From the NCBI GenBank assembly GCA_013239625.1, contig MU054001.1:6683078-6747077 (forward strand): a stretch of 64,000 nucleotides of DNA. Reading direction: 5' to 3'. The notes under the pieces were generated by a model that was not told where the DNA came from, did not search any database, and saw nothing but the letters and a program-made list of their open reading frames with translations. The position numbers were made by a program, and so were the translations under genes. This document shows positions 47,547 through 60,923 of the stretch, piece after piece (position 1 is the stretch's first letter; every line of letters begins with the position of its first letter). The stretch is from Lama guanicoe (lineage: Eukaryota).

Positions 47547-50239
47547 GTGGTCCTCCCTTCAGTGTCTTCAGACTTGCATCTGCAGGACACACCAGCACAT
47601 ACCACACCCTTAAGGGCAGAAGTTGGTCTCCTCTGTGTTTCCCCCAAGACACCTAGAAGGTATCAATAATTGGTGGGAAATGAATGGACTTAAAGAGAAG
47701 TGGTAACCTGGGAGCGCCTGACTCATCGGTAAATGGGACACTAACCAAGCCTACCTTATAAGGTAGTTAATTGGCGTAAGGCCCCTCAAATGAGGCCAGG
47801 CAGTAACAGTCCTGCTGCATTAATGACAATGCTTACCTTCACGACGACTGCTGAAACGCTGCTCCCTGAGACGTGTGGCTGCTGGCGTTTTTCCTGGACT
47901 GGTACTACATTCCAGTTCTTTCCCACATTTAATGGCACCTGTGACAATCACAAGACATTTGGGGGAGATTTCCTTCCCTTTCTGAACAAGCGTTCAGCTG
48001 GGTCCTGTGAATGTGACTTGGCATCACATTCTCTCAGCAAAATAATCTCTTGGCCCCATTTCCCCGTGACCATAGCTGTGCATCAATGTTTCTAGCAATA
48101 TTAGAGCCCATTTATAATGATTTATGGTAATTACGTTGGACAAGAGTTTGATGGCTATTAGGCCTCTTTATTTGGCTGAGAAACATTTGAAGCATGAAGC
48201 TGTGTGAGACAGCCCCAGCGCCATCACGAAACATCCTTGTATTTGGAACCAATTTACAGTGTCATTTTTGATATCACAGATTATCCATCTTCGTATTCCA
48301 AGTCCTTGCTATTCGTGTTCTGCTCTGGTATCAGGAGGACAGCCAGCGGTGGGAGGACAGCCAGCTGCCCCTGGGAGTGGGCAGCTGGGCTAGTACCAGA
48401 CCTAGGAATCGAATTCCAAGGGACACTGGTGTCACCCAACACTCAGCTTTTTCACTAGCACCATTCTATCCCTTGTTCGCAGTGAGATCCTAGGACAAAT
48501 GTAAATACCATCTCTAGTCTTGCCTCAGTGTCCCCTCCTCTTGCCATCACTTGCAGAGTGAACAGGACAGCCAGGACTGCCACCCGGCCAGCGCACACCA
48601 GTATCAGCTGTTTGGGGCTAGCATTCATGCCAAACCTGATGTTTGGTATTTGAATATCATTCCTGAATAAAATAACCATGAAATTCTGACAAATAAGAAT
48701 CTCTCAGGCTGCAACTGTGCCGTGCCAAAACAGCTGGATTAAAAAGTAAAAACTTAATCAACAGCCCAGATGTTTAATTTTCCACAATGACAAATAGAAC
48801 ACATTCATCTGCATTTTTTCTCCACTTTCCATCTAAATGTTTCAGTGTAGATTTATACTCTGGCTTTTTTCCAGATCTCAGCAATCTGCCCGCACAAACA
48901 CCTGAAGAGATGTTTTTATATATGTCCATTTTTATAAGCACAAGAAAAGTAAATGCTACCCAGGAGGACCTGAAATAAGGCTGTGAAAGCTGGAGACTGA
49001 CCTACAGCCACAGCCAGTGGGTGTCATGACTCCCCCTGCACAGGCTTAGGGGCCCATCCACTGTGTCCAGGGCCCCCTGGGAAGAGGTCTTTCTCTGAAA
49101 GCAAGAGCAGCAGGTGCCATGTGATTTCTTTGACCATCGTTTTAATGAGAATTAACAATAAGGGAGCGCTTACTGGGTTAAGGAGCCCAGGGCTGCCTGA
49201 GCCTGGCAGATCCAATTCATTTATCCTGCTCTTTGTTCGGAAACTCAGGTTGACTTAAATGATGAGAAATAAAGTGGCTTCCAGGAGTCTCTCTTGACAC
49301 TAATGGTGCCTGGGCACCCTTTCTTTAAACAGACATTGATATGCAAGAACACCTATGTCATCTGAACGCCCACAGACCAAATTTTGGATACTTTAACTGC
49401 TCTTAGTAATTGGATTCTGTAAAACTCCAGCCATTTCACTGTCTCCATTGAGGGGGCAAATTCATTGTTTTAATATCTACTGGTAAACTTAGGGTGTTAT
49501 TTGCACCAGAGGAAACCATGAAACAGAAACTGGAGATAAGGATGGAAACACTGCTTCAGTGTTTGTGCGGGAGAGTTTAGAACTTGACTCTCCCTGTTTC
49601 TACCTCTGCCTGGGCTGGGGGAGTGCACATGGGAAAGTGGTGAAAGTTCAGTCCAACACTGGTGGTTTTGGACCATCTGCTCTCTGTCTCTACCAAGGCT
49701 GGGACAGGAAGCCGTTTATGGGGGCCTGGGGAGGGTGGTGACTCCAGCCTCCGCCTCAGAGAGATGGCACTAACCCCTTAAGGGCAGGTGTCCACCTAAC
49801 TCCCCTGGTCCAGAGGCCAGGGTCTGGGGAGGCTAAGGGAGCAGCTTTCTGCTTTAGTTGACTAAGCACCCTCAGTACTGGCCTATGTCCTGGCTCCAGC
49901 CTGTGGGCTGTGGGTACCCAGCATCCCAGAGCCCTCAGCAGTCCATCCCTGCCACTTCTATCCACACCCATAGCCAGATTTTTCCTCTGAGCCGAAAAGT
50001 CAAAATTCCAGCTGCCTTCCCAGCATCTCCACATGGATGAGTTGAGCTCAACATATTCAAACCAAATCTGGTGCTTCCCTCACCTGCCCCCACCTACTCC
50101 CTTTCCAGTGTTCCCTTTCTCCAGGAAGGACCCTCTGACCTTCCAGTGCATAAGCCAGGAACCTAGAAGTCACCTGTGCCCCCTTGGAGACACCTCCTTA
50201 TCCTTGTCTGACCCACGTCCCTAAGGACAGACCATATCT

Positions 50240-50770
50240 GTCAGTGGCACTGGCACACTTCCAACTTCCAGGATCTGCATGAAGAAGCCAGGGGAAGCCG
50301 TCCTTCTAAGCCGGGCAGGCTGGGATTGCCAGGAAGCTAGACCTCTTCAGGAGCAGCCATCGACCCGTGACTGATACCTCCCTCATCCCTCTGAGATGGG
50401 TGTCTTATTTCACCCAGTTTCCCACAGGAGTGAGCTCCAATTGCCCAAAGGCGGGATGCACTTCATGCGCTTGCAATGTGTAAGGTTGTAGAGGGGCCCT
50501 GTGCTTGGCTGAATACTCTGCTGTCATCATTCTGAATTTCTCAATAATTTAGGAGCACAAGGCCTCACATTTCCATTTTGCACCAGCTCTGCAAATTACA
50601 CAGCTGGTCCTGCCCAAGGGGTAGCTGTCTTGAGAAGACACTGGCTCCCTTTCCTTCTTCCTTCCCTGTCTCCCTTCCTCACTTGCCTGTTGGTATTTCT
50701 TGAGCCCCAAATAAACTACTTGAACTCAAATCCTTGTCTCAGGCTCTGCTTCTGGGTGAAGCTGATCCAT
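50240..50770. mobile_element. LTR33/LTR16-like ERVL LTR with a nested MER91-like DNA element (about 50430-50612)
   Basis: LTR end ccccaaataaactacttgaactcaaatccttgtctcaggctctgcttctggg; MER91-like gaggggccctgtgcttgg...cattttgcaccagctctgcaaattacacagctggtcctg. Confidence 0.55.
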
Positions 50771-51992
50771 GACCCCTTCATATCCATTTCTCCAGAATCT
50801 GTCCACTGCCCTCAGTTTATCCTCACTCGCCATGACACTCTCTGTCTCCTGGACCACTGTGGTGGCCTCCCAGCAGTTCTGTCCACGTCCACTCTTTTGT
50901 CTCCAGTTCCTTCTCCACAGTGGCCAGAGGGTGCGTTGGTTTGTTGGTACAAACATAAAACTAATCATGTCACTTTCTTGCTTGAAACATATCAGTGGTT
51001 AATTGCTGAAGCTGGGTGATAGTATGTGGGATCTGTGATCTTACTACTTATGTCTGTGTTTTTAAAATTCCATAATAAAAGCTAAATTAAAAACAAAGTC
51101 TCAGTTACTTTCCCAATGCTTTTATGAGAACAGGCAAAATCGCGGTGGCCCATGAGCCCCTGCATGAGCTGGTGGCCCTTGCTTTTTTGTTCTCTGTACA
51201 TAAGCTATCCTGGACTTTCTTTTCCTTAGATGCACTTTGTTCCTTTTGGCCTCAGGGCCTTTGCACATGTTGTGCCCTCTGCCAGGACTGCCTTCTCTCC
51301 TCATACTCTTTGCTCCCTTTTAATACCTCTTTGTCTAGTTACCTAACATCTCTGTGGCTCAGTTTTTCCTCATCTGTAAAAACCAAGATGATAAAAGCAA
51401 CTACGTCACAAGGTTTTCTCATCAGATTGCTACTAAGATAAATGTGCCTGGCACAAAGCAAATCATCATCAAAAAAAAAAAACAGCTATTCATAGTATAA
51501 AAATAACACTGCTTCCTCCAAGATCTGAGTAAAATTGACAATCCAGGAAGCACGGCCATGTTTATTCCTTGGCTCCAGATGCCCTGAGTTCCTTGGTGTT
51601 TGCACCTGAAGGCCAGCCAGACGCTGTCCACCCACCCTCCACTCATTATGGTAAGAACCCAGTGAACCTTGAAGTGTGATTATCACATGCTTAGGGGACC
51701 CAAGACAAGCAATGTCTTTCAGTGAACCAGAAGCCCTGAGGCTATGCCAGCCGGCTCAGCTGGTTCCAGCCAGGTGCTGTTGGCCTTTGGGCAGCAACAC
51801 AGTCAATCAGGTTCAACCTGGGGTTATCAGAATTAACCAGATATCAAACACTTCCTCTCTGAATCAGCCAGCTTCTTGACCTGCTACGTGGCCATCTTAT
51901 TATGGTTTAATTGGGTATCACCCATGTCCACAGAAATCCCAAAGAGCATCACGTGCTGGAATTAGGAAGGAGAGAGAGCAGCCCATGGTTCC

Positions 51993-52335
51993 TGCTATAA
52001 ACTGAATGTTTATGTCCCCGCAAAATTCATATGTTAAGATCCTCATTCCCAATGTGATGGTATTAGGAGGTAGGGCATTTGGGAGGGGATTAGGTCATGA
52101 GCACGGAGCCCTTATTAAAAAAAAGACCCCAGAGAGCTCCCTTGACCCTTTGGCCATGTGAGGTTACAGAGAGAAGACTGCTGTCTATGCAGCAGGAAGC
52201 AAACACTTACAGACACCAAATCTGCCAGCACTATAATCTTGAACTTCTCAGCCTCTAGAACTATGAGAAATAAATGTTGTTTAAGCCAGCTAGTCTATGG
52301 TCTTTTTGTTATAGCAGCCTGAATGGACTAAGACC
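51993..52335 (+). mobile_element. MLT1A-type MaLR solo LTR
   Basis: tgctataaactgaatgtttatgtccccgcaaaattcatatgtt...cccaatgtgatggtattaggagg...tttgttatagcagcctgaatggactaagac. Confidence 0.9.
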
Positions 52336-52514
52336 AAACGCTCAGTAATGTCCAGCCCCTACGCCAATACTTTGAGACCTTCGGCATCCCATTGATTCAC
52401 CCCAAAGTTACTCTTCTTAGAGGTTCTGCGGCTCAGAAGAGTCTGGAAACTTGCTCAAGGTCACACAGGCAAGATTCAAAACAAGATTTGCCTGCCCTAA
52501 ACCTGAACTCCTTC

Positions 52515-52662
52515 TCCAAGGATTAGTAGCTCCTAAACTCAAGATTTCTGGGCCCCATCCTCTCCCACCCTTATTCAATAAATCTAGGGGCAGGCCTGAG
52601 AATTTGTATTTTAAGAGTTTCCTGGATGACTCTAAAGATCGGCTAGGTTTGAGAACCATTTC
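52515..52662. mobile_element. MER5-like hAT fragment
   Basis: gatttctgggccccatcc...tctaggggcaggcctgagaatttgtattttaagagtttcctggatgactc...gtttgagaaccatt. Confidence 0.65.
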
Positions 52663-54487
52663 TAGAGAGCCACTGTATTTCCCCAAATCTAAACAAAATG
52701 GCCCCATGAGGCTCAGTTTGTGACCTGAGCCCAATTTCACCACTCCCTGTAAACAGTCAGTTACCAGTCTATTTCAAATCATGTCTGCGCTTATTTTAAA
52801 TCAAGTCTTTAAACATCTCAATATGTTAAGTCCTTTACTTATTGACTAAATCTCTGCCTTAAGATAGCATTTATTCTGCGACTAGGTACACTGTGGACCC
52901 TTCCAGCCCTGTGCCCTCTGTCATGCTGTAATCTCCTAGAAACAGAAATTGAGCATCTGTCATCTCATCCTGTGCAGAAAGATACTTAGTATGTGCCTCA
53001 GCCCAGCACACATGGCTTGATAGGAAAAGATGTCTGCCTTGTTGTCCTCCAATTTTAGTTCCTAGAATTCTGTAGGCTCCTTTCTGGCAGAAAGATTAGA
53101 CCAAGGGCTGCTTTAAAGACACAGTTCTATGCCCTCCAAGGCATTAAGAGACTGGAATCATTCAGGAGCTTTCTAGAGCAGAACCATCTCTGCAGTCAGA
53201 GCTGCAAGTCTGAACCAATTTAGGAGAGAAGTTGCTGCTTATGAGAAAGAGAGTTGGCTGAGCTTATAAATGGATTTTTTTTTTCATGAACTTCTTGTCC
53301 TGCCTCTGATTTCAGAACTGGAGCATGACAGATTATGCTTCTAACAAATGCTTTTCCCTATTCAAAAACTGGGCTTACAATAAACCACTTTTAATAAGTC
53401 AAGGACTTGATCTAAAGAGTGGCTTATTTCATGCAGGCTGTATTTCTCTCTATTTAAACAGTATAAACCCTCTTTTCCTACTACACCGACAGAAAGCCTC
53501 AGGGAGCAATAACTTAATAGCTAAAATAAATGTTTCAATTCTCTGTTCAAAAAATAATAATATAGCTGTACTTAAACATTTAAAAGTAATTGCTGACTCT
53601 TTTGTGAGGTGAACGTGATAATGGTGACTCTTTTGATGAGTCTCTTCAGAGTTAGCCAGAAAAGATACTAAAAATGTCCCACAGAATTATTTTTAAAAAA
53701 AACAAACCGGCAGATAAAATGATTATGACAGTATAAATGATGACAAAACATTTTAACGAAGAGCAGAACTTAGTTAACTCTTGTCTACACCATGTCAAGA
53801 AATCTGTTTGATCTTTTGCTACTGAATTGTTTTTTCCCAATAAGTTGATTCAGTTTGCCAGACTGGCATCAAGACTGTACGTGTACCAATTTCGGTTAGT
53901 GCAGTGAACTCAGTCTCTGCATGTATGGCAGAGACGATTATGTGTGGCGTGTGGTAGCCTTACTGGTCTGGACATCCCATCATTTGGTCCCAGGGACCAA
54001 AGACATGTCGGATCACTGCCCAAGGATTTAGCTACTGTGACCTTTCTCTTAGGGTCACTAGACAGACACTAAATGGACATGAACCAAAAACACACTGAGG
54101 AAGGGGCACAACTGGTGGAAACAGGCAGAGAGGCTTCACCAAGAGAGGACTTTGCAGCCATGTCTTGAAAGATAAGAGAACAACTGGCAGATCATATTGC
54201 CTCAGGGACCCAATTAACCAGCTAGAGAAAGAAGGAAGGAAGGAAAGAAGGGAGAAATCAAGAAAGAAAAGAAGAAAGCAGGCAGGGGGAGAGACATAGA
54301 TACTGATATATGGGGATCCCCAGCAAAAGAAAGGTCCTAACCAGTAATTCTTCACAGAAATCTCCTATAGAATTGACCTCAGAGAGCTGATAAATACTTC
54401 TAACACTGTATTTCTCAAAGAACTCTAGGGTTCTGCAAGGTATCAATAGGGGCTCTGTGAAAAACCATGATTCAAAAAACAATAATA

Positions 54488-54603
54488 GAGGGAGGGTATA
54501 GCTCAGTGGTAGAGTACATGCTTAGCATGCACAAGGCCCTGGGTTCAATCCTCAGAACCTCCATTTAAGCAAACAAACAAATTACCTCCCCACTAAATTT
54601 AAA
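54488..54603 (+). mobile_element. Full-length tRNA-derived SINE (camelid Vic-1-like)
   Basis: A box TAGCTCAGTGG 54499-54509; B box GGTTCAATCC 54542-54551; A tail; perfect 14-bp TSD AAAAAACAATAATA (54474-54487 / 54604-54617). Confidence 0.9.
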
Positions 54604-55289
54604 AAAAAACAATAATAAATATTACTTATGAACTTCACATGCCTTATGGTAAAATGATGGGCCAAAAAAAGATAAAGTATGATCCCCTCAAAATTAAAGT
54701 AGATCAAAAGGACCTGTGCAGTTTTTATATTGAGCTTCTTAATAGGCAAAGGGTAATGGGAGAGACATAAGATTCTTTTATCAAAAAAGAAGAAAATGTA
54801 TCAAATATAAGAAAACCTTACCATATTAAAATTGAACTTTGATTTTACAATATAGGTTATGGTAGGAGACTCTCTGGTGGGAAAGTATAGCCAGTTACTG
54901 TTATTCTAAATAAATGTATGATGTTTACAGTTTTTATTTAACATAAAATTAATAGATATTCATTGAAGAAAATATGGCAACTCCAGACAATTGGAAAGAA
55001 AATAAAATTCTTAATAAATCACACCTTGGTTTATGACATATGCAATCATCTGCAGAATACTTTTTCTGATACACAGACTCATGGCTCAGTGTTGTCTCCA
55101 GAACCCTCAAAGAAAGACGAAAGCTTTCCAAGAGGTATAGTGTAGTGGACTCTGGTGGCTGCTCTGCCACTTACTATGTAACACTAGGCAGATCCACCTC
55201 TCTGCACCCCCGTGTCCTCATCTGTGAAACTGGGATAGGAACAGTACCTACCTGAGGGGTTATGAAGACTAAATGAGCTACAATGAGTT

Positions 55290-55467
55290 CATGCTGTACA
55301 GCACAGGGAAATATATTCAATATTTTATAGTAACTTATGGTGAAAAAGAATATGAAAATGAATATATGCATGTTTATGTATGACTGAAGCACTGTGCTGT
55401 ACACCAGAAATTGACACGACATTGTAAACTGACTATACTTCAATAAAAATATATATTAAAAAAAAGA
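55290..55467 (+). mobile_element. 5'-truncated L1 3' end next to a MIR
   Basis: gctgtacagcacagggaaatatattcaata...acaccagaaattgacacgacattgtaaactgactatacttcaataaaa. Confidence 0.85.
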
Positions 55468-55639
55468 ACTGTTATTATCTATAGAAGTCATTTTAATGGT
55501 ATAGCCCAGTTCTTGGAAGACTGATAATATGCATAATTCACATTGATTAACCAGGGTGCTGCCTTCTTTGACCATGTCAGGTAACAGGAAGTTTATTGTA
55601 CTTGGTGTTTCTCAGGCATACATTAGAAAGGATAGTTAA

Positions 55640-56790
55640 CATCGCTATGGGTAGCTTAGTATAGACACAGATGGACAGCTACAGAAGTAATTATAGATCT
55701 ATACGCATACATGGGTATCAATTTTCCCAACTCTGTGCATTGAGAGGGCCTTGTAGCAACAAACACATCCAATGTTGAGATCTTATTTTCTAAGTACCAT
55801 TCTCCAACAAGAGAAACCAGGGCTCTTTGGAGAAATAGCTGATTCTAGGTCTGGAGTTGGGAAAATACAAGATAAGCCCGGAGCATCTTGTTATACCAGA
55901 AAGTATTCAAAAAAAAAAAAAAAGAGAGAGAGAGAGAGAGAGACAGATGTGAAAGGGACACAGGAGCCAACTTGAGAGAACTCCCAATGGTCAAGACTGG
56001 AAAAATTTAAGCAATAAAATAAATAACAGTATTAGATTATAACCCAAAACATAAAAATAAATATATATGAGTTCATACTGAATAAATAAATAAGGGAGAA
56101 GAGAAAAATCTTTTGCAGAATTTATATTGATACCCCTCCCCTTCACAAAGTGGAGCTTAACCTCTACCCCATATCAAAAATGGACTGTACTTAGCGATTT
56201 TCTTCCAAAAAATAGAGTGTTCTGAGAGAGAAGCAGGGAGAAACTTTACGGTACAGAAACATGGCAAACACTCCCAGGTGATTAAGATTAGCACCAAAAA
56301 TGATGTCATATTGATAGCATGTACCTTGTAGGATGTGATGAAAAGGGTACTTCCTTACTGTGATAAAACCGCCCTAAAAACCCATAACTCAGTAAGTGAG
56401 AAAAACATTAAACAAACTCAAATCAAGGGAGAGTCTACAAAGTACATGATCAGTACTTCTCAAAACTGTCATAGTCAGGAAAAACAAGGAATGACAGAGA
56501 AACTGTCATAGACTAGAGGAGAGTAAGGAGGCATGACGGCTGAATGTAATGTGATATCCTGGATGTTACTCTGGAACAGAGGAAAAGCATTAGCAGCAAA
56601 ACAAGTGCAACCAGAATAAAATCTGGAGTTTAGCTGATAGTAATGTACCAAGGCAAGTCTTAGAGTTGTGACAGAATTACCACGGTAATGTAAGATGTTA
56701 AAAGTCAGGGAGACAAGGTGAAAGGTTTATGGGAACTCTCTACACAACCTTGCAAGTTTTCTTTAAATCTAAAACTATTCTGAAATAACT
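55640..56790 (+). mobile_element. Old L1 (L1MC/L1MD-like) 3' region
   Basis: gaaaccagggctctttggagaaatagctgattctagg...cagtacttctcaaaactgtc...atgtaatgtgatatcctggatg...tatgggaactctctac...aaatctaaaactattctgaaataa. Confidence 0.75.
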
Positions 56791-58527
56791 TATGAACCCC
56801 ACCCTCCCTCCCAAAAAAGATGGCCAAATATTTGTTTTCTTCTGGGTCTCTGCTCAGTTAGTGACTCAGGAGAGTTTGTTCCTTATTTGAGTGTCTAGAT
56901 TGATCAATAGTGAGTGTCCCTGTTTCTCTCCATTTTTGCCCTTTCAGCCATTTTTTTAATCCAAATTATGTTAAAGTAAATTTCTAAATATTTTTGAGAT
57001 ATATTTCAAGTGCATAGGTAAAATCAACTACTTTGTTTCTTTCATAAGTTTATTTTATAAATCCAATGGGAAGAACCATAATATTCTTCTAATGTGGTTC
57101 TAGGGTATATATTCTTAATGTTTGTTACTCACAATCCCATTGTCTTCAACATTTTGGCACTGAATTTATTATTTTATTTTTTAAAAATAAAAGTGGAATC
57201 GAGAATTTCTCATTTATCAGTTTTTGAAGAACAACAGAAATGATTGTGAAGCAACTACAAGTTTGAGGTCTGATGGAAAGATTAATAATAAATCAATACT
57301 ACGTTTGCTAATTTGCCAAGTTTGAAGTGGATTTTTTTAATTAAATGGAAACTGTAAAGAAAGAATTTTTAATCCCATTAAATGCCACAGAGGCATTTCT
57401 TCTGCACTTAGTGGTTGGAATACATTTAAATTTTCCAAGGGTTTCTTTAGTGGCTTTTGTTATATTCTTTTATTTTCTTTTTTCATATTACAGCTCATTT
57501 TATTTCATTTTTAAATTTTTAAATTGATATAATTGACTTACCATATAATATAAGTTTCAATGTGCAATATAGTGATTCAGTATTTTTATAAATTAAAAAA
57601 GGTCACCAGATAAGTCTAGTTACCATCTGTTACCATACAAAGTTATTACAACATTATTGAATATATTCCCTATTTGATACACTACATCCCTTAACTATTT
57701 TATAACTGGAAGTTTGTACCTCTTAATCTCCCATACCTATTTTACTCATCCTCCTCACAACCCTCCTCTTTGGCATCCACCAGTTTATTCTCTGTATCTG
57801 TCCTTCTGTTTCTGTTTTGTTATGTTTGTTTATGTATATTTTCTGTTTTGCTTTTCAGATTCCACTTATGAGTGAAATCACATGGTATTTGTCTTTCTCT
57901 GACTGACTTATTTCACTTAGCGTAAAACCATCTAGGTTCATTTTGGATGGACTGCAAATGGCAAGACTTTATTCTTTTTTATGGCTGACTAATATTCTAT
58001 TGCCAATATTCTAATATAGCTGACCAATATTCTACATATACATATACACACACACAATGGAATATATGTGTATATATACCACATCTTCTTTACCCATTTA
58101 TCTGTTGATGGACACTTAATTTGCTTCCATATCTTGGCCATTGTAAATAAACCTGTAATGAGTTAGAGGTGCATATATCTTTTCAAATTAGCTTTTTTGT
58201 TTTCTTCAGAAAAATACCCAGAAATGGAATTGCTGGATCATATGGTATTTCTGCTTTTAATTTTTTGAGAAATCTCCATACTGTTTTCCACAGCAGCTGC
58301 ACCAATTTACATTCCCACCAAAGGAGAATGAGGATTTCCCTTTCTCCACATCCTTACCAACACTTGCTATTTGTTGTCTTTTTGATGATAGCCATTCTGA
58401 CAGGTGTGAGGTGGTCTCTCATTGTTGTTTTGGTTTGCATTGCTCTAATAATTAGTGACATTGAACATCTTTTCATGTGATTGTTGACCATCTGTGTTTT
58501 TTTTTTTTTGGAAAAATGTCTATTCAG

Positions 58528-60923
58528 GGATCCAAGATGGCAGAGTAGAAGGAGCTGAAGCTCACCTCCTCTCACAGACACACCAAGATCACATCTAACT
58601 GCAGAACAACTCATGATAAAAAACAAAAAGACTGGAAACTACCAGAAAAAGATCTTCTGTAGCTAAAAGCTTAAAGAGGAAACCACAATAAGACCAACAG
58701 GAGGGGTGGACTCATGATACAATCAGGCTCCACACCCCCAGGTTGGCAACCCACAAACTGGAGAGTCATTATATTGCAGAGGTTCTCCCATGGGAATGAG
58801 AGTTCTGAGTCTCATGTCAGGCTCCCCAGCCCAGGGGTGGTGGGGAGGGGGGTCTGGCACTAGGAAGAGGAGCCCCCAGAGTGTTGGGCTTTGAAGGCCA
58901 GCAGGGCTTGACTGGAGAAGCTCCATGGGACTGGAGGAAATAGAGACTTTACCAGAGACATTACACTTAAGGGTTACACAGAAAATCTCACCCTTACTGG
59001 GACCAAGGGCAAAAGTGGTAATTTCATGGGACCCTGGACTAGACATTCCTGCTAATCTTGGGGGTCTCCTGGGGGAGGCATGGGGCAGCTGTAGCTCACC
59101 CTGGAGATATGGACACAGTGGAAGACATTTGTGGGTGTTCACCTGAGTGAGCTCTCCTTCTGGGAGGCTGGCAACTTGCTTGGACATTAGCACTGAGACT
59201 TGGCCCCACCCAGCAGCCTGGGACACCTCAGGCCAAACAACTAACTAGCTGGGGACATATTCCCCACCATCAGCAGACAGACTGCCTAAAGATGACTCTA
59301 AAGCTGCATCTAGACACGGCCCTGCCCACCAGAGAGCCAAGACCCAGCTCCACCCACCAGCGGGCAGGCACCAGTCCCTCCTGCCAGGAAGCTTGACAAG
59401 CCTCTGGAACAGCTTCACCCACCAGGCAGCAGACATCAGAAGCTAGAAAAATTTCATCTTGCAACCTGCGACATAAGTCTGCAAACATAGGGCCAGAAAC
59501 TACCCTAGGATCAGCTGGCCACAAGCCCCCAGGTGATGAGAGGGGAATGTGCTGCTGAGATGCATAGGATGTCTCCTACAGAGGACCACTTCTTCAAGGT
59601 CAAGAAATGTAACTAACCCACCACACACATAAAAATACAAATAGAAATTCAAACAAAATGAGGCAACAAAGGCATACATTCCAGACAAAGGAACAAGATA
59701 AAATCCCAGAAAAAGAACTAAGTGATGTAGAGATAGTCAGTCTACCTGAGAAAAAGCACAGAGTTAAGATTATAAGGATGATCAGAGATCTCAGGAGGAG
59801 AATGGATGAACAGAGTGAGAAGATAGAAGTTGTTAGCAAAGAGATAGAAAAAATAAACAACCAAACAGAGATGAAGAATATAGTAACCGATAACCACCAT
59901 ATATAAACATAGATTAAAAAACAAATTTCTTCTGTACAGTACAGGGTACTATATTCAATATCTTATAATAACCTTTAATGAAAAAGAATATGAAAATGAA
60001 TATATGTGTGTGTATATATATACATATATATATATATGCATGTCTGGGACATTGAACTGTACACAGAAATTGACACATTTTAACTGACTATATTTCAATT
60101 AAAAAAAAGAAGAATACAGTAACTGAAATGAAAAATACACTAGAAGGAACAAATAGTAGACTAAACAGGGCAGAAGAATAAATCAGTGAGCTGGAAGACA
60201 ACGTAGTGGATATCACTACCACAGAACAGATAAAAGAAAAAAAGAATAAAAGGAAATGAAGATAGATTGAGACCTCTGGGACAACATAAAGTGCACTAAC
60301 ATTCACATTATTGGGGTCCCAAAGAGAGAAGAGAGAATGGACCTAAGAAAATATTTGAAGAGATAATAGCTGAAAACTTCTCTAACCTGGGGAAGGAAGT
60401 AGTCACCTAAGTCTAGGAAGTGCACAGAGTCCCATACAGGACTAAAGAGGAACCCAAAGTGGAACACATCTAGACATATTATAATTAAAATGTCAAAAAT
60501 TAAAGATAAAGAGAGAATATTAAAAGCATCAGGAGGAAAACAACAAGTAACATATAAAGGAACTCCCATAAGATGATCAGCTGATTTTTTTCAGGAGAAA
60601 TTCTGCAGGTCAGAGGGAGTGGCATTATATATTTAAAGTGATGAAAGGGAAAAACCTACAACCAAGAATACTCTATCCAGCAAGGCTCTCATTCAGATTT
60701 GACGAAGAAATCAAAAGATTTACAGACCAGCAAAAAGCTAAAAGAATTCAGCACCACCAAACCAGCTTTATAACAAATGCTTAAGAAACTTCTCTAGGTG
60801 GAAAGGAAAGAGCCACAACTAGAAACAAGAAAATTGCAAAATGGAAAAGCTCACTGGTAAAGGCAAACATACAGTAAGTGTAGGAAATTATTCTCAAATT
60901 AGTAGGAAGGGTAGACAATAGTA
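58528..60923 (+). mobile_element. Nested 3'-truncated L1 (5'UTR + decayed ORF1, no ORF2, no poly(A))
   Basis: Starts ggatccaagatggcagagtagaagg; ORF1 relic MRQQRHTFQTKEQDKIPEKELSDVEI; 17-bp TSD GAAAAAT(G/A)TCTATTC(A/G)G at 58511-58527 and 60924-60940. Confidence 0.85.
59891..60108 (+). mobile_element. Younger L1 3' fragment inserted into the nested L1 ORF1
   Basis: 18-bp TSD GAAGAATA(T/C)AGTAAC(C/T)GA at 59873-59890 and 60109-60126; A tail. Confidence 0.9.

Noticed and set aside
54488..54565. tRNA-like sequence with A and B boxes
   Set aside because: Followed by a SINE body, A tail and 14-bp TSD; it is a SINE, not a tRNA gene.
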